From the NCBI RefSeq assembly GCF_036321535.1, contig NC_087436.1:111602001-111662000 (forward strand): a stretch of DNA of 60,000 nt, given 5' to 3'. The position numbers were made by a program, and so were the translations under genes. The notes beneath the pieces are model-generated. The model searched no databases. It had not been told where the DNA came from and saw only the letters and a list, made by a program, of their open reading frames with translations. Position 1 is the stretch's first letter; each line of letters begins with the position of its first letter. This document shows, one piece after another, positions 13,442 through 26,364 of the stretch. The stretch is from Camelus dromedarius. Taxonomy: Eukaryota.

Positions 13442-14429
13442 CTAGGTCTGCTTGACCCTATCCTAGGGTCCTTTCCTCTGCACTGTGCTATTGGTGAGCT
13501 ATGGAATTCTAAGAGTTTGGTGTGTACCTGGGCTATCTCTCCTTTTTGAGGGACAATTTGAAGGCAGTGTTTGGTGGTTTCTTTTTAATTTTATTCTTCA
13601 TTATGCTTGACAAGATGCCAAAGAAATGATGGTTTAGATTCTGTATTAACCTTTTCTACTTGATCTTACTAGCATTTATGAGATGGAGTCATTATTTCAT
13701 TCTTAACCAATGATGCTTTTGATATGCTATAGTATAGTTACTGTTGTTTTTTGAATAATTATTTTACCACTTCTAGTTGCATTTTACTAGCTAAAGAGAA
13801 GACAGTTTGGCATAACAGGAATTGACCATTGAGGAAATGAAATGCTAGAGCTCTTTATGATTTCTCAAACTATGATGCTAAATCTTCCTTACCTTTAATG
13901 ATAAAAAGGAGAAGGAAGCTTGTGTAATACTTATAAAATAACATATCTCCTAAAGACCATATGTAAATAAAATATTGCCCTTTGCCAACTATTTTAATAA
14001 ACATTCAGTTACTAGATAGAAATATTAAAAAGAGAAGAGGAAATAAAAAATATTGACCAAAAGCAGATTTCAGACACCCTAAGCAATGTATTTTTTCAGC
14101 TATTTTATTTCCCTTTGCCCCTTGAATTTTCCGTAACCATTGGAAAAAGAATTACTCCCATAATACTTTGCAGTAGGCACATATGAACTATCCTTAAACA
14201 TATTTCAGGTGATCTATAAATAGCTCACCGTAACAACATCGCACTGCTGCCAGGAGCTGGGAAAGCAAGGCAAAAGCCTGAGATCAACAAAGCCTGTCAG
14301 AATATCTCAGGATTAGAAGTTTGACCCATTTAAGCCTGTGGTGATCTCATGTTGGATCTGACGGTTGAGGTTTGCTGGTCTGGCTGTTTGGGCTTGTTGG
14401 CTGCCTACACATGATCACAGATAGGTTCT

Positions 14430-14800
14430 CTGTGGAAAGGAAAGAGCTGGACCTTAGTTCTGTCACCTACTAGCCTTGTGACCTTGGGCATGTAAATTTT
14501 CCTTTGAGCCATGATTTCATCATATGGCAAACTGGTACACCTGCCTTAAAAGACTGTTGCAGCATCTAAACAAGATAATATGGAAATACGTAGTGTTGCT
14601 TCCAGTACAGATGTTAGCCTAGTAAGGCATCCTGACATAGTGGGAAAAGCACAGGTTTGGGACTCACGAGCCCTGACTGCAAATCCTGTTCCCCCATTTA
14701 CCTAAGAGATAAATTAGAGTTAATTTACTTAACTTTTCCAAGACTCAGTTTCCTCATCTATAAAATGATGATGACAAGTTGATGAGCTAATGTTACTAAG
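14430..14800 (+). mobile_element. Two tandem MIR remnants
   Basis: tactagccttgtgaccttgggca and ttacttaacttttccaagactcagtttcctcatctataaaatg. Confidence 0.7.
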
Positions 14801-14804
14801 GGTT

Positions 14805-15545
14805 CAGCATTATTTATTAAACAAAGATTTATTAAGTTCATAATGTCAACTAGGCACAGGGGGTAAGATAGTGTATGAAACTTATTTCTTGTCCTTATGT
14901 GCTCAGATACTAATCCTGGAGTTGGATAATTGGACAAAGAATTATATGAGAGTGTGATAAATACCATGTTGGGTAATGACAAAGCTCAACTGGAACAACT
15001 ACTGGGGAACCCAATCCAGAGTTTGGGAGTTACAGAGAGATTTTTAAGAAGTGACTGTTCAGATGGAACCTGAAAGAAATGCATACGTTGGCTGGTTGAA
15101 GAGTGACTGGGGAGAACACATCTATCAAAATTCATCAAATAGTACATTTGAAATATGTGTAGTTTACTCTACAGAAGCTATACCACATAAAGGTGTGAAA
15201 AAGAAAAAAACAGTCAGCAAGAACTGAGTTTCTCAGTCCAGCGGTCATGAAGAACTAACTGAATCCTGCCAACAACCACGTGATATCGAAAGCATATTCT
15301 TCCCCAGTCGAACCTCAGATGAGATACTGGCCCCAATATCTTGATTGCGGCTGTACAGATGGCTCAGCTCAGCTGTGCCCAGACTCTGGACTTACAGAAA
15401 CTGAGATAAACATTTCTACTTCTTTTAAGCCGCTGTGTTTGTGGTAATTTGTTATGCAGCAATAGATAACTTCTACTTAAAAGCTAAACAAGTCTGGGGA
15501 AAAAAAAAAGAGTGACTGGAAAGAGTTTGTTATGCAAAAGCATCA
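14805..15545 (-). mobile_element. L2 remnant interrupted by a TSD-flanked insert
   Basis: atttattaaacaaagatttattaag..ctaggcac at the L2 3' end; L2-like sequence resumes after 15508. Confidence 0.55.
15116..15507 (+). mobile_element. Chimeric retroposed insert: old L1 3' end + MLT1 LTR fragment + A10
   Basis: Flanked by aagagtgactggggaga (15099-15115) and aagagtgactggaaaga (15508-15524); L1M 3' end at 15116-15210; MLT1 motifs at 15211-15475. Confidence 0.65.
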
Positions 15546-17919
15546 TCTAAAATGCTTTATATTTCTCTCTTAATCCTCATGAAGATCCTAAAATGAGGGT
15601 CCTATTATTATCCCAGACCAAGAATTAGAGAGCCATGAACAGATTTACCCTAGAAGGTAACTTTTGGGGTTTTTGTGGACTCACCACAATTCTCTTACTT
15701 CTACGACTGCCTTCCCTTCACTCCCCCATGCACATGCTGGGGTCACTAGCAGTGAGTTCCTGCCATATAGAGCCATTCCTCCCTGTGGTTGATCAGATCA
15801 GGGATGAACACCTGACCAAGGCTTGACTACAGACCTTATCTGACCATTCTATGATGCAAGTGCTATTATTTTGCTCAGTCATTTAAGTAAGGAAATATCG
15901 AGGTTAATTTTAAACAAAACCTCAAAAAATAATGTATTTAAAATACCATGCACAGTGCCTGGGACATAATAGAGAAAAATGAATATTAGGTTTTTTTTTT
16001 CTCCTTGTATCTTTTGTTCAGTAGAATCTCAAACAACATGCTGAATTCAACCTAACATCAACACAGTCAGCATATTAGGATCATGTTTTTCCTCACTCAT
16101 ATTCCCAATTCAGATTTTAACTCTAAATTCCAAACTATCTCCCTGAAAGACACTTCCTCCTTTATTAAATATCTATTCACTTAGAATTATTTCATTAACT
16201 GACAGTTTCTAGAATTTTCTACCAGAAAAATGGAATTTTCAGATGATCATACCTTGTCCATTTCCCTGGATAGCTAGGAAAGGGTGAGAAAGAAATTTAT
16301 TTTACCAAGAAAATAACAACGCATTCAGCAATGCAAATTAAAGAAAATTAAATTGTACATGAACTAAATTAATCTATATGAATTAGACTGATATTTAAAT
16401 TGTTCTCTTTATATGAATTTTATTATAGTTGCCCCAAACATCCTGCTGTATGGGGTGTAAATTTGTTCATGAATACAGCTGAAATGCCAAAATTAATAGC
16501 ACAGCTGTGTGCTGGGCAGATTTTGAGCCTTAACTCTATCATGATTTTCCTTTTTGCAGATTGAATATGGCCACACATATCTTAAGTTTGGACAAAGGGT
16601 TTGAAGAGGATGAACCTTGAGACATAGAGCAAGTGATGAATTCAGTACCAAGGCAAGATTAGAACAAGTGGAGGCAAGTTATCGGCTTCCAGACTGCATG
16701 GAAACCACCTTTCCTTCACAGCTCACCCAGCCCCAGTGCGCTGAGCATGCTCTGTCGCATCTTGTTATTGGCAAAGCTGCATGTTAACTTCAAACTCCCA
16801 GAAGCGGCCATGGAGCTGGCTCTGTAGTCTCTATTCTAGATTCCTTGACAGTCATAAGACATCCGGGTTAATCCACGGTAGGGAAATCACAGCCCAGCCC
16901 AAATGAAGCAAGATACTCAGTCACTTTCCATGTGGACTGATACAGTGAAACTTCTGCAAATCCTTGATGGTTTCCAACCATTGGAGAGCTGTGTACAAAG
17001 CCTATAGGACCATCCCTTGCAGGCTCACAGCCTGATAGCCTTCTCAGAATAATAACACAATAGCTTCTTCCCCTACTGGGGGGCATATATAATGTTCCTA
17101 TCTCTTGATTTTTCAGACTAAAGCTGTTTGTAGCACCCACAATATCCAGATTAGCAGAGCAGCCAACATCCCTTCCTCTTGCCTTCCTCCCTATCTCGAA
17201 TTGTCCAAGAAACTTGAGGTTTACTCAGCCCCAAAGATCTAGTCCTGTCCCAAAATGGTTCTTGGAGAGAAAACATGGCAATCTGTAAACCTGTAAGTTC
17301 TCAGCCCCTGTTTCCTTCTATCATTACTTTTGTAGCTAACACATGGCTTTCAGCTTGAAAACAGAAGATTATGTTCAGTTGTGTGCCCTCCTGGCATCAC
17401 ACCTCTCTCCCTGAATGCCCCATGCTGCTCTGGACATCAGTCCATTCCATCTGGCGATGGGAAATGTGGAGGAGGAACGGGAATGTCTCCCCAGAGTGTT
17501 ATCTCTGGGCTCCTGAGTTCCCAGTAATTCAACATGATCTTGGACCTTAAGTAGTATTGGGGGAAGGACCTTTCTGCCTCTTCAGAGTTGCATCAGCCAA
17601 GGACTGTGAGTCAACACTGGCCTAGACTCTGACATTATAACTCCTGGTTCTCTCACATCAGGGCACCAGCTGGTCCCCAGAATGGCTGTGTAAGAAACAG
17701 TTTCTAGAGCCCATGACTTCGGGGACCCTGGAAATATTCCCTTCTACCTTCACATTTCTTCCCTGAAAGCAATGCCTTAGAAGGCCCCCTCATCCTCTCT
17801 GCTCCAAGTCCCCATCCATTTCCTGTCACAGAATGAACCATACTGCTTTTAAGAGTTAAACATTGTTCAATCACATACCAATTGTAATGAAAAGAATGAT
17901 CCCAAACATAGAGGTCCAT

Positions 17920-18055
17920 GCACAAGGAAGGTATGAGGTAGGTTTTTGTAGTGTCATTTTATAGATGAGGACACAGAAAGCTAGAAAGTTTGACTTGCTC
18001 AAGGATGCCCAGCTGAGCCCGAGAGGGACCCCAGCTCTGTCTGATTCCCAGCCAA
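17920..18055 (-). mobile_element. MIR remnant
   Basis: cattttatagatgaggacacagaaagctagaaagtttgacttgctcaagg. Confidence 0.7.
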
Positions 18056-18639
18056 TGGGCCTATCGGTATGAGCTTTGTTTGTGGGCATCATCAGCTGAA
18101 GCAAGGACAAGAAGGAATGCATCTGGGTGCACAGGCTGTGATACCACTGACCACATCAATGACAACCCAGAAGGACCTGGCAAAATTCCATCCAGAGCAA
18201 TTGATGGAAATGCAACCTCTCAGAACCTTCTGTCTCTTTAGGTCCTGCTAATTACTTCCACTTCACTTCCCCTCCTGTCCTGCAGAAAAGCAAGACATCA
18301 AGTCCCTGTGATCTGCTAGGTGGCACCCTCATCCTTCTAGGGGCCTCAATTCATTGGACCCCAAGGGACAGCAATGGGGACTTCCTGAGAGTCTAGGGCT
18401 TAGTAGGCACCAGCCCATTGTAGTCTCTTAGTTAATGTTTGTTATATGGATGTTCATCAGACTTGCTCATCAAAGCACCTGCCATTCACTACCAACTTCA
18501 AGAGGTGTTGGTCCCACCCACAACAAGTGACCCCTAGATAGTTCCTTGAATAAGAGTTGCTACTTACTGGATTTGTACTAAATATTTGATTTGAGGGCTG
18601 CCAGTTCATAGGTGGGCCATTGAATCATGATGAAGATGG

Positions 18640-18945
18640 GCTCAGAAAGTAAGGGTGATGGTAATTAGCCAGGTCAGCTAGACTTTCCCTTCAGGACCTC
18701 ACTTGGAAAATACAGAAAGTAAACCAATGTGTCAGAGATGAGGAACAAGAAGACATAAATAGAAGGAGAGAACAAATGGCAAAGTCCCAGGATTGATGAT
18801 GCCTTGAATTTTAGACAACAGCCTGGCTTCTTTTGTGATCTAGTCTCTCATGTTGAACATGCATCCGGACAATAAATGTTTATTATATGAGATAGCTTAA
18901 CAGAGTGTCTTTTTCTAGCAAAACCAAAAGAACCATTTCTGAGGT
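18640..18945 (+). mobile_element. Ancient ERVL-type LTR remnant (LTR16/33-like)
   Basis: aataaatg..gcttaacagagtgtctttttctagcaaaaccaaaaga resembles an LTR 3' end. Confidence 0.35.
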
Positions 18946-19670
18946 ACAAAAGGACCTAACCGTGCTTTGGGGATGCTGGATTCTTACTGCCAGACAACCC
19001 ACCCCTCCTGCCCATGCCTGGCCTGACTCTGTGCTTGGTTCTGGGTCCCATTGGACTCTTTTCTTTCTGATCCCTGAGTGCTGTCATTGGCCTCTTCCCA
19101 TGTATTGGGCAGCTCCATGGCCTTCCTCAACATGGGGGCCTGCCAGGTCCTAACATGGGGACACCATGCTCCAGGGCTGGATTCTGCATCATTGGATGGT
19201 GGGGAACCCTAAGGGACACCTTCTACTACTTTCTCCATCTGCCTTGTGGCTTTATTTTCACACTGCTTCTTCTGACAGCCTGAGTTCGCTGCTTCCTCTC
19301 AGGGCAACAGCTCTGCACAAGAAGGGACTGGTCTCTCTCAGGTCTCCCTCTCATTTGTTTAGTGCCTCACTGGGTCTCAGCTGGCTTTAGGTTTCTTGTG
19401 TCATCCTTTGGTTTGTCCAAGATCTCCCTGTGGGGGCCAACCACATCAGTGAAAGGGAAATGAAGTGAGCAGCGAGACTGACTCCCAAAGCTGTATGTTG
19501 AAGGAGATTTGCTAATCCAGTGCCTTTTGGAAGATTACATTCTCAGAGAATGGCTTAACCTTCTGGTTAATTTAAAAACAAAGCAGGGCACAATGACTAT
19601 TTTCTAGAGCAATCTTTTTTTTTTTTTTTTCATGGATGAAGAACTGAAGATCAGAAAGGCCAAGCCTCTG

Positions 19671-21227
19671 CTGGAAGAATAAGTCTCCTAGACTTCAGAC
19701 AATACTATAGAGCTACAGTCATCAAGACAGCATGGTATTGGTACCAAAACAGACATATAGACCAATGGAACAGAATAGAGAGCCCAGAAATGAACCCACA
19801 AACTTTTGGTCAACTCATCTTTGACAAAGGAGGCAAGAATATACAATGGAATAAAGACAGTCTCTTCAGCAAATGGTGTTGGGAAAACTGGACAGCAGCA
19901 TGTAAAGCAATGAAGCTAGAACACTCCCTTACACCATATACAAAAATCAACTCAAAATGGATCAAAGACTTAAACATAAGACAAGATACAATAAACCTCC
20001 TAGAAGAAAATATAGGCAAAAGAGTATCTGACATACATCCCAAAAATGTTCTCCTAGAACAGTCTACTCAAGCAATAGAAATAAAAGCAAGAATAAACAA
20101 ATGGGACCTAATGAAACTTACAAGCTTCTGCACAGCAAAGGAACCCGTAAATAAAACAAAAAGACAACCTACGGAATGGGAGAAAATTGTTGCAAATGAA
20201 ACCGACAAGCGCTTGATCTCCAGAATATATAAGCAGCTCATACGACTTAATAAGAAACAGCCAAACAACCCAATCCAAAAAATGGGCAAAAGACCTAAAC
20301 AAGCAATTCTCCAAGGAAGACATACAAATGATCAATAGGCACATGAAAAAATGCTCAATATCACTAATAATCAGAGAAATGCAAATCAAAACTACAGTGA
20401 AGTATCACCTCACATCAGTCAGAATGGCCATCATTCAAAAATCCACAAATGACAAATGTTGGAGAGGCTGTGGAGAAAGGGGAACCCTCCTACACTGCTG
20501 GTGGGAATGCAGTTTGGTGCAGCCACTGTGGAAAACAGTATGGAGATTCCTCAGAAGACTAGGAATAGACTTACTGTATGACCCAGGAATCCTGCTCCTG
20601 GGCTTATATCCAGAAGGAACCCTACTTCAGGATGACACCTGCACCCCAATGTTCATAGCAGCACTATTTACAATAGCCAAGACATGGAGACAGCCTAAAT
20701 GTCCATCAATGGATGCCTGGACAAAGAAGAAGTGGTATATTATACAATGGAATACTGTGCTAAAACCGACATACATAATGCCATTTGCAGCAACAGGGAT
20801 GCTCCTGGAGAATGTCATTCTAAGTGAATTAAGCCAGAAAGAGAAAGAAAAATACCATACGAGATCGCTCATATGTGGAATCTAAAAACAAAAACAAAAA
20901 CAAAAACAAAAAAACAAAGCATAAATACAAAACAGAAATAGACTCATAGACATAGAATACAAACTTGTGGTTGCCAAGGGGGTGGAGGGTGGGAAGGGAT
21001 AGACTGGGATTTCAAAATTGTAGAATAGATAAACAAGATTATACTGTATAGCACAGGGAAATATATACAAGATCTTATGGTAGCTCACAGAGAAAAAAAA
21101 ATGTGACAATGAATATATATATGTTCATGTATAACTGAAAAATTGTGCTCTACACTGGAATTTGATACAACATTGTAAAATGATTATAAATCAATAAAAA
21201 ATGTTAAAAAAAAAAAAAAAGAAAGAA
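19671..21227 (+). mobile_element. 5'-truncated young L1 inserted in a MIR
   Basis: ORF2 C-terminal ORFs 19790-20338 and 20328-20885 ([23 protein letters not shown]); AATAAA plus A15 tail; TSD agaaaggccaa at 19653-19663 and 21228-21238 (16/18 when extended). Confidence 0.97.
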
Positions 21228-21800
21228 AGAAAGGCCAAACCCCTGGCCTAAAGTCACCCAGGAGGGTAGTTTCAGATCCACTAAAGAACTCTGGAATCCT
21301 GACCTCTGCCACATTTTGTCTCCATCACAGATCCTCCGTGAATGCTCTAGTGAAAGTATGAGCTACAAAATTAGTGAGTCTGTAAGTGAGATTTCTAGGG
21401 AGGGAGTGAAGGGATGAACTGTGAGTTTTTACAAATTGTGTGCCACATGTGTTATATCTGTACTATACAGGATGATCATTTAATCACTCCATCAGATGGT
21501 TATTACTGTACCCACTTAATTTAAAGAATAAAACTAAGGCTCAGGGAGGTTAAATAATAATGAAAATCATGACAGCTTTCACTTATGAGGATCTTGTTAC
21601 ATCCCAGTTCCTAGTGATTTGCATGCATCAACTCAATCTTGCTCACAGTAACTATCAGGTAAATTCTAAGTGAATTCCCTAAGGACACACAGCCTGGGTT
21701 TGAATCAAGTACTACTGCCCTGACAGCTGCCTTTGAGCTGAAACAAATGTTCTTAGAAAAAAAATCAAATTTCTATGTAAAAATGTGTGGAAATTTTACT

Positions 21801-22556
21801 GAACCTAAGTATCCATCAATGGGTAAATAGATAAAGAGAATGTTATATATATAATGTATATTTTGTAAATATATTTGAATATTATGTAAATATTATATTT
21901 ATTTTTATTTATTTTGGGGGTGGAGGTACTTAGGCTTACTTATTTATTTATATGTTTATTTATTTGTTTTTAACCGAGGCACTGGGGATTGAACTCAGGA
22001 CCTAGTGCATGCTAAGTGCACACTCTACCAATGAGCTACACCCTCTCCCCTATGTAAATATTATATTATGCAACAACATATGTGAACCTTAAGGGCATTA
22101 TGCGAAGTGAAATAAGTCAGACCCAGAAAGACAATGCATCTATGATTTCATTTATGTGTAGAATCTTAAAAAAGAAAAAAAAAAGCAACAGCTAAACCCA
22201 TAGAAAGAGAGAGTAGAATGAGTGGATGCCAGGGACTCGGAGGTGGGGAAAATGGGAAGATATTGGTCAAAGGGTGCAAACCACCAGTTATAAGATGAAT
22301 AAGTTCTGGGGAATCTAATATTCAACATGATGACTATAATTAATGATATTGTATTATATACTTGAAAGTTGCTGAGAGAGTAAATCTTTAATGTTCTCAG
22401 TAAAAAAAATTGTAATGATATGAAGTGATGGGTGTGTTAACTAACTTTACTGCAGTAATCATTGTCACAATATATACATGTTTCAGATCATCACATTGTA
22501 CATCTTAAACTGACACAATGTTATATGTCAATTATATTTCAATAAACGTGGAAAAA
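21801..22556 (+). mobile_element. L1 3' end (L1MA9-like), interrupted by a SINE
   Basis: aacctaagtatccatcaat..gcgaagtgaaataagtcaga..gttataagatgaataagttctgggga..gtcaattatatttcaataaa. Confidence 0.85.
21900..22050 (-). mobile_element. tRNA-derived SINE (camelid Vic-1-like)
   Basis: Minus strand GGGGAGAGGGTGTAGCTCATTGGTAGAG (A box)..GAGTTCAATCCCCAG (B box), A-rich tail; perfect 17-bp TSD tatgtaaatattatatt at 21883-21899 and 22051-22067. Confidence 0.9.
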
Positions 22557-22557
22557 G

Positions 22558-22722
22558 GAGAAAGGAAATGCAGCCCTGCTACACCTTGATTTCATCCCTA
22601 TGAGACTCAGAGCAGAGAAATCAAACCCACTGGACTTCTGACACATACCGCTCTGAGATAATACATTTACATTGTCTTAAGCCACTTTATTTGCAGCAAT
22701 TTGTTATAGAAAACTAATAATG
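22558..22722 (+). mobile_element. MLT1 (D/E-like) LTR 3' part
   Basis: aaggaaatgcagccctgctacaccttgattt..ggacttctgac..ttaagccact..aatttgttatagaaaactaata. Confidence 0.75.
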
Positions 22723-22729
22723 GGATCCA

Positions 22730-23140
22730 AACATGAAAACAGGAACCACTCTTAGAGTTTGAAACAAAAGAAATTGTAGGCGTATACTTGGTTACTCTTG
22801 TGGTGGAAGGGCTGAAAAGCCAAAGAGGAAGCAGTGAGGAAACTCAGAGTTTGGAAGCAGCAGGAAACAACTATCACCCCTAGGCTGTAGCAACCAAGGG
22901 AGGAGGTTGGATTCCTGGAATCATGGAGGATCAACAGATGGAATCTGGAACCAGGGAGCAGACGCTGATGTTGCCAGAGACACGGCATTTGGTAGAGAAA
23001 GATAAAAGTGCCTTTCCACTGGCTGGTCCAGCAAAAAAGCTAGCTGACATGGAAACCTTGGAGATAACAGCCTACAGTAGAAATCAGGTCAGGGTGGGGT
23101 GTGGTGGGGCAAAGTGGGGGCAAAAGATGGAGTTCAAATA
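22730..23140. mobile_element. Ancient LTR remnant (LTR78-like)
   Basis: aaacaggaaccactcttagagtttgaaac..ttggttac..gaagggctgaaaagccaaa. Confidence 0.35.
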
Positions 23141-23199
23141 AGTATCTAGGATTGAAATAATATCCTTCTGGAGGTTAGATGAGAAGTTAGATAGTTGTA

Positions 23200-24370
23200 T
23201 ATCACAGACAGTTTTTTCCTGGTATATTTTGAGGCTATGTTATTAGGTCATTGTAGTCTATAGTTATTATACTTTTGAGGTAAACTAAATTATTGCTATG
23301 ATGTAGTGATCCTCTTTAACTTTAATAATACTTTTTTGCTGTGAAGTCTATTTTCCCCCATATCACAAAAGCAGCTTTTTTTGGTTTAATACATTCCTGC
23401 TGTCTAGTTTTAAATTCTTTCACTTTTAACCTATCTGTGTTTCTCTGTTTTAAGTGTGATCACACAGTATTTGGCTAGATTTTTAAAAAATTCTTATCCA
23501 AAAATCTCTATCTTTTAACTGATGAATATAGTTCATTTATATTCATTGTGATTGCTGATGTATTTGGTTTAATTTCTACCTCTAATTTGGTATTTTTTTT
23601 TAATTTGTTGTGCTCTTCTTATGTTTTTTTTTTTTTCTTTCCTGACTTCTTCTGGTTTGAAGGCCCTTCACATTGCTTCTTTTATTCTTAATTGTTACCC
23701 ATAATATTTTAACATGCTTATCTAGCTTAAAGCCCAATATTATTCAAACGCATCTTGAACATTGCAAGAATCCTAGAAATTCCTTAATTCTGATAACCTG
23801 CATCTGACCTTACTTGCTATTACTTTCCAGTATTTTCATTTCTATCTTGCTTTTTTCTTTTTATAATCTATTTTAAATATATGATACATACAAAATAATC
23901 TATACAAGCTATTAAATAGAATAATATAAGGAATACCATGATTCTACCACAAAATATTTAGTTTAAGCATTACCCATAAATTACGTGTTCTTTTTTTTTT
24001 TTATCTTATCCCCCTTTTTTCTCTCCTCAGAAGAATTTATAGAGAAGGAATCACTATTCTAAATTTTGTATTTATTATTTAACTGTTTTTAAAATGTTCA
24101 ATTGCAACAACAATAGAAAGCTTTTTAGATAAGTTAAACTTGTTAAACACATTTTGTTAAACACAATTGTTTGAGGTGTTTAAAAATGCTTTCTCTCTTC
24201 TGACACTTACTTTAAAAAAAAAACTTGTTGTATGTAGCTGCTTTTCATCCCTGTTCACTGCTATATAATATTCAACAGAGTGAGAACACCACAGTTGTCT
24301 AACCATTCCCTTGCTGTGTGAAATTTTCCCTGTCTTTTTCATCATAAACAGTGCTATCATGGGTTGAGCC
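23200..24370 (-). mobile_element. Ancient L1M fragments (endonuclease region and 3' UTR)
   Basis: tatattttgaggctatgttattaggt..aagtctattt..cacttttaacctatctgtgt; further on ttcactgctatataatattc..ataaacagtgct. Confidence 0.55.
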
Positions 24371-24622
24371 TGAAGATCCATGGAATTCATAATTCTCTTT
24401 TAAAGCTATTAAGCCTTACTGAGGAAACAGCAGACCAATATAAGTAAGATATAAGTAATTGCTAAGATACTATACATGTTCTGATGTACAAGAAAGGAAG
24501 TCCATTTAATGCTTCAGTTGTAAATAATGTTTCATAATGTAAACATCAAATATAAATTTAACCAAAATTGTGATATAGCAGTTATGTTGGGAAGATGGGG
24601 ATGAAACATGCATGTTGATGGA

Positions 24623-24626
<4 letters not shown>

Positions 24627-24678
<52 letters not shown>

Positions 24679-24682
24679 TGTG
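24627..24682. repeat. (TG)22 TA (TG)5 microsatellite
   Basis: Directly visible. Confidence 0.98.
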
Positions 24683-24724
24683 TTACTTACAAGGGTAAAC
24701 TACCTTTCTTCCAAAATAGGAATT

Positions 24725-25122
24725 TGTGGAAGAAATCGATAGTTGCCCATCAATAGATGTTATTTTCCTCCATCAAAAGAGATTTTTTAGCTGATGGTCT
24801 GGCCACCTAGAATAAAGAGCAGGGTTTCCAGCCTCCCTTGTGGGAGCCTTGACATGAGTTCTGGACAACAGGATGTAAATGAAATTTATGTATACATTTT
24901 CTGGGTTGTGCCTTTAAGGGGAAGAAACATGTTCTTCCCAGTCCCTTCTCCCCAGTACCACTGGATGAGATATGGTCATGGTGACAAGCCATCTTGGATC
25001 AGGTGAATAAAAGTCTTTCTAACTTGATGCACTGCCATTTTTTCAAGAGAAAAATAAGCTTCTATTTTAAGGCACTGCCATTTTAGTCTCTGTCACAGCA
25101 TCCAAACATATATCCTAACTCA
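24725..25122 (+). mobile_element. MaLR LTR (MLT1J-like)
   Basis: tttccagcctcccttg..gagttctggacaacaggatgtaa..gccatcttgga..gagaaaaataagcttctatt. Confidence 0.7.
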
Positions 25123-26364
25123 GAAACCAAAAGATAATGTCTGAAGTTGAACAATCAAGAATAAATGCTATAAAGATGTTATTTAGAAATACTGAATCAA
25201 ATACCAGAAGAAATTGCTAAAAGATTTGAAAGATGCTGCCACTGAGAGCCTTGAATTTACAGAGAAGGGTGCAGTCGGGGACCACTATTTGTCCTTTTAC
25301 ATTGTGTACATCATTATTCCCGTTAAAATTACGTTAAGGTAAGTCTTTCTCACACACAGACATGCACACAAGTTTATAATTTGTGATTGCTGTCACCTTG
25401 AGTGAAATATGTTTTCACACAGGAGATTGTGATTTAAGGTATTAGAGAAAACACTTAGATACGGAGTATTATTTGAAACCACACAACTGCTGACAAAAGT
25501 TTGATCTATGACATCACTTTCATATTTGTAATCCCATAGCATAAATATATTATAAGACTAGAGGATGGTTTCAAAACAGCCAAACTATTACATGACAGTC
25601 AAGAAATTTAAAAGGAAAAAAATAGTTTCGATGAGACCATGGGTCACCATTTCAGGGGCAAATGAAGCAATTACTGCCAAGGACATTGTAAAGCTGAAAA
25701 CCTACCTTCCTGAAGTGTGATTGTGATTTAAGAAAAATATATGAGATCCACTTGTGACATGGAATTAAAAATGCATCACTAGCCTCGGTGATGGAGCAAG
25801 AGGTGAGAATGTTAACAAGACAGTTGGCTGGTGTTACTGTTGGGAATTCCCAGGGCAAGTGATACAGCCTCTTCATGTCTTGCTTTTACTTAAAAAGATG
25901 CCTAATGGGTGCACAGTTTTTTAATGAGCTTGTATATGAACAGGACAGTTAGGAGTTCAAATACAAGGCAATGTGGGCTAATGAACTGGTATTGTGTCAG
26001 AGAATCTGAGAATCTTGCAATATTAGATTTGGAAGGACCCCTAGAGGTCATTTCCTGCAACTGTCTCATTTTCTCTGAACAAAGTGAAGCCGAGGGATAG
26101 TGGCTGGTGGCCCAGAGTCACTCTGTGACTTAAAGGCACTTATCCCAGATGAAGGGAGTGAAACACAGAAGCTGCAGAAGGGGAGAGGAACAAAGTAAAG
26201 AAAGAAGACAACACCATGCTTGTCTCCCTCTCTTGGGCAAATCCCTGGTCCATGGGTCAGGCTCCATCTTAAGGAGGGTTGGTGAGAGGGGGTAGGGTGA
26301 GGGAAGGGGAAAAGATTGACCCTGGGGAAGAGATTGAAGTCGTGATTTTAAAAAGACTGGACCT

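Noticed and set aside
19810..20389. Antisense ORFs over L1 ORF2 (also 48675-49254)
   Set aside because: By-products of L1 sequence composition, duplicated only because the two copies are near-identical.
21975..22050. tRNA gene
   Set aside because: It is the tRNA-derived head of a SINE with an A-rich tail and TSD, and its stems are degenerate.
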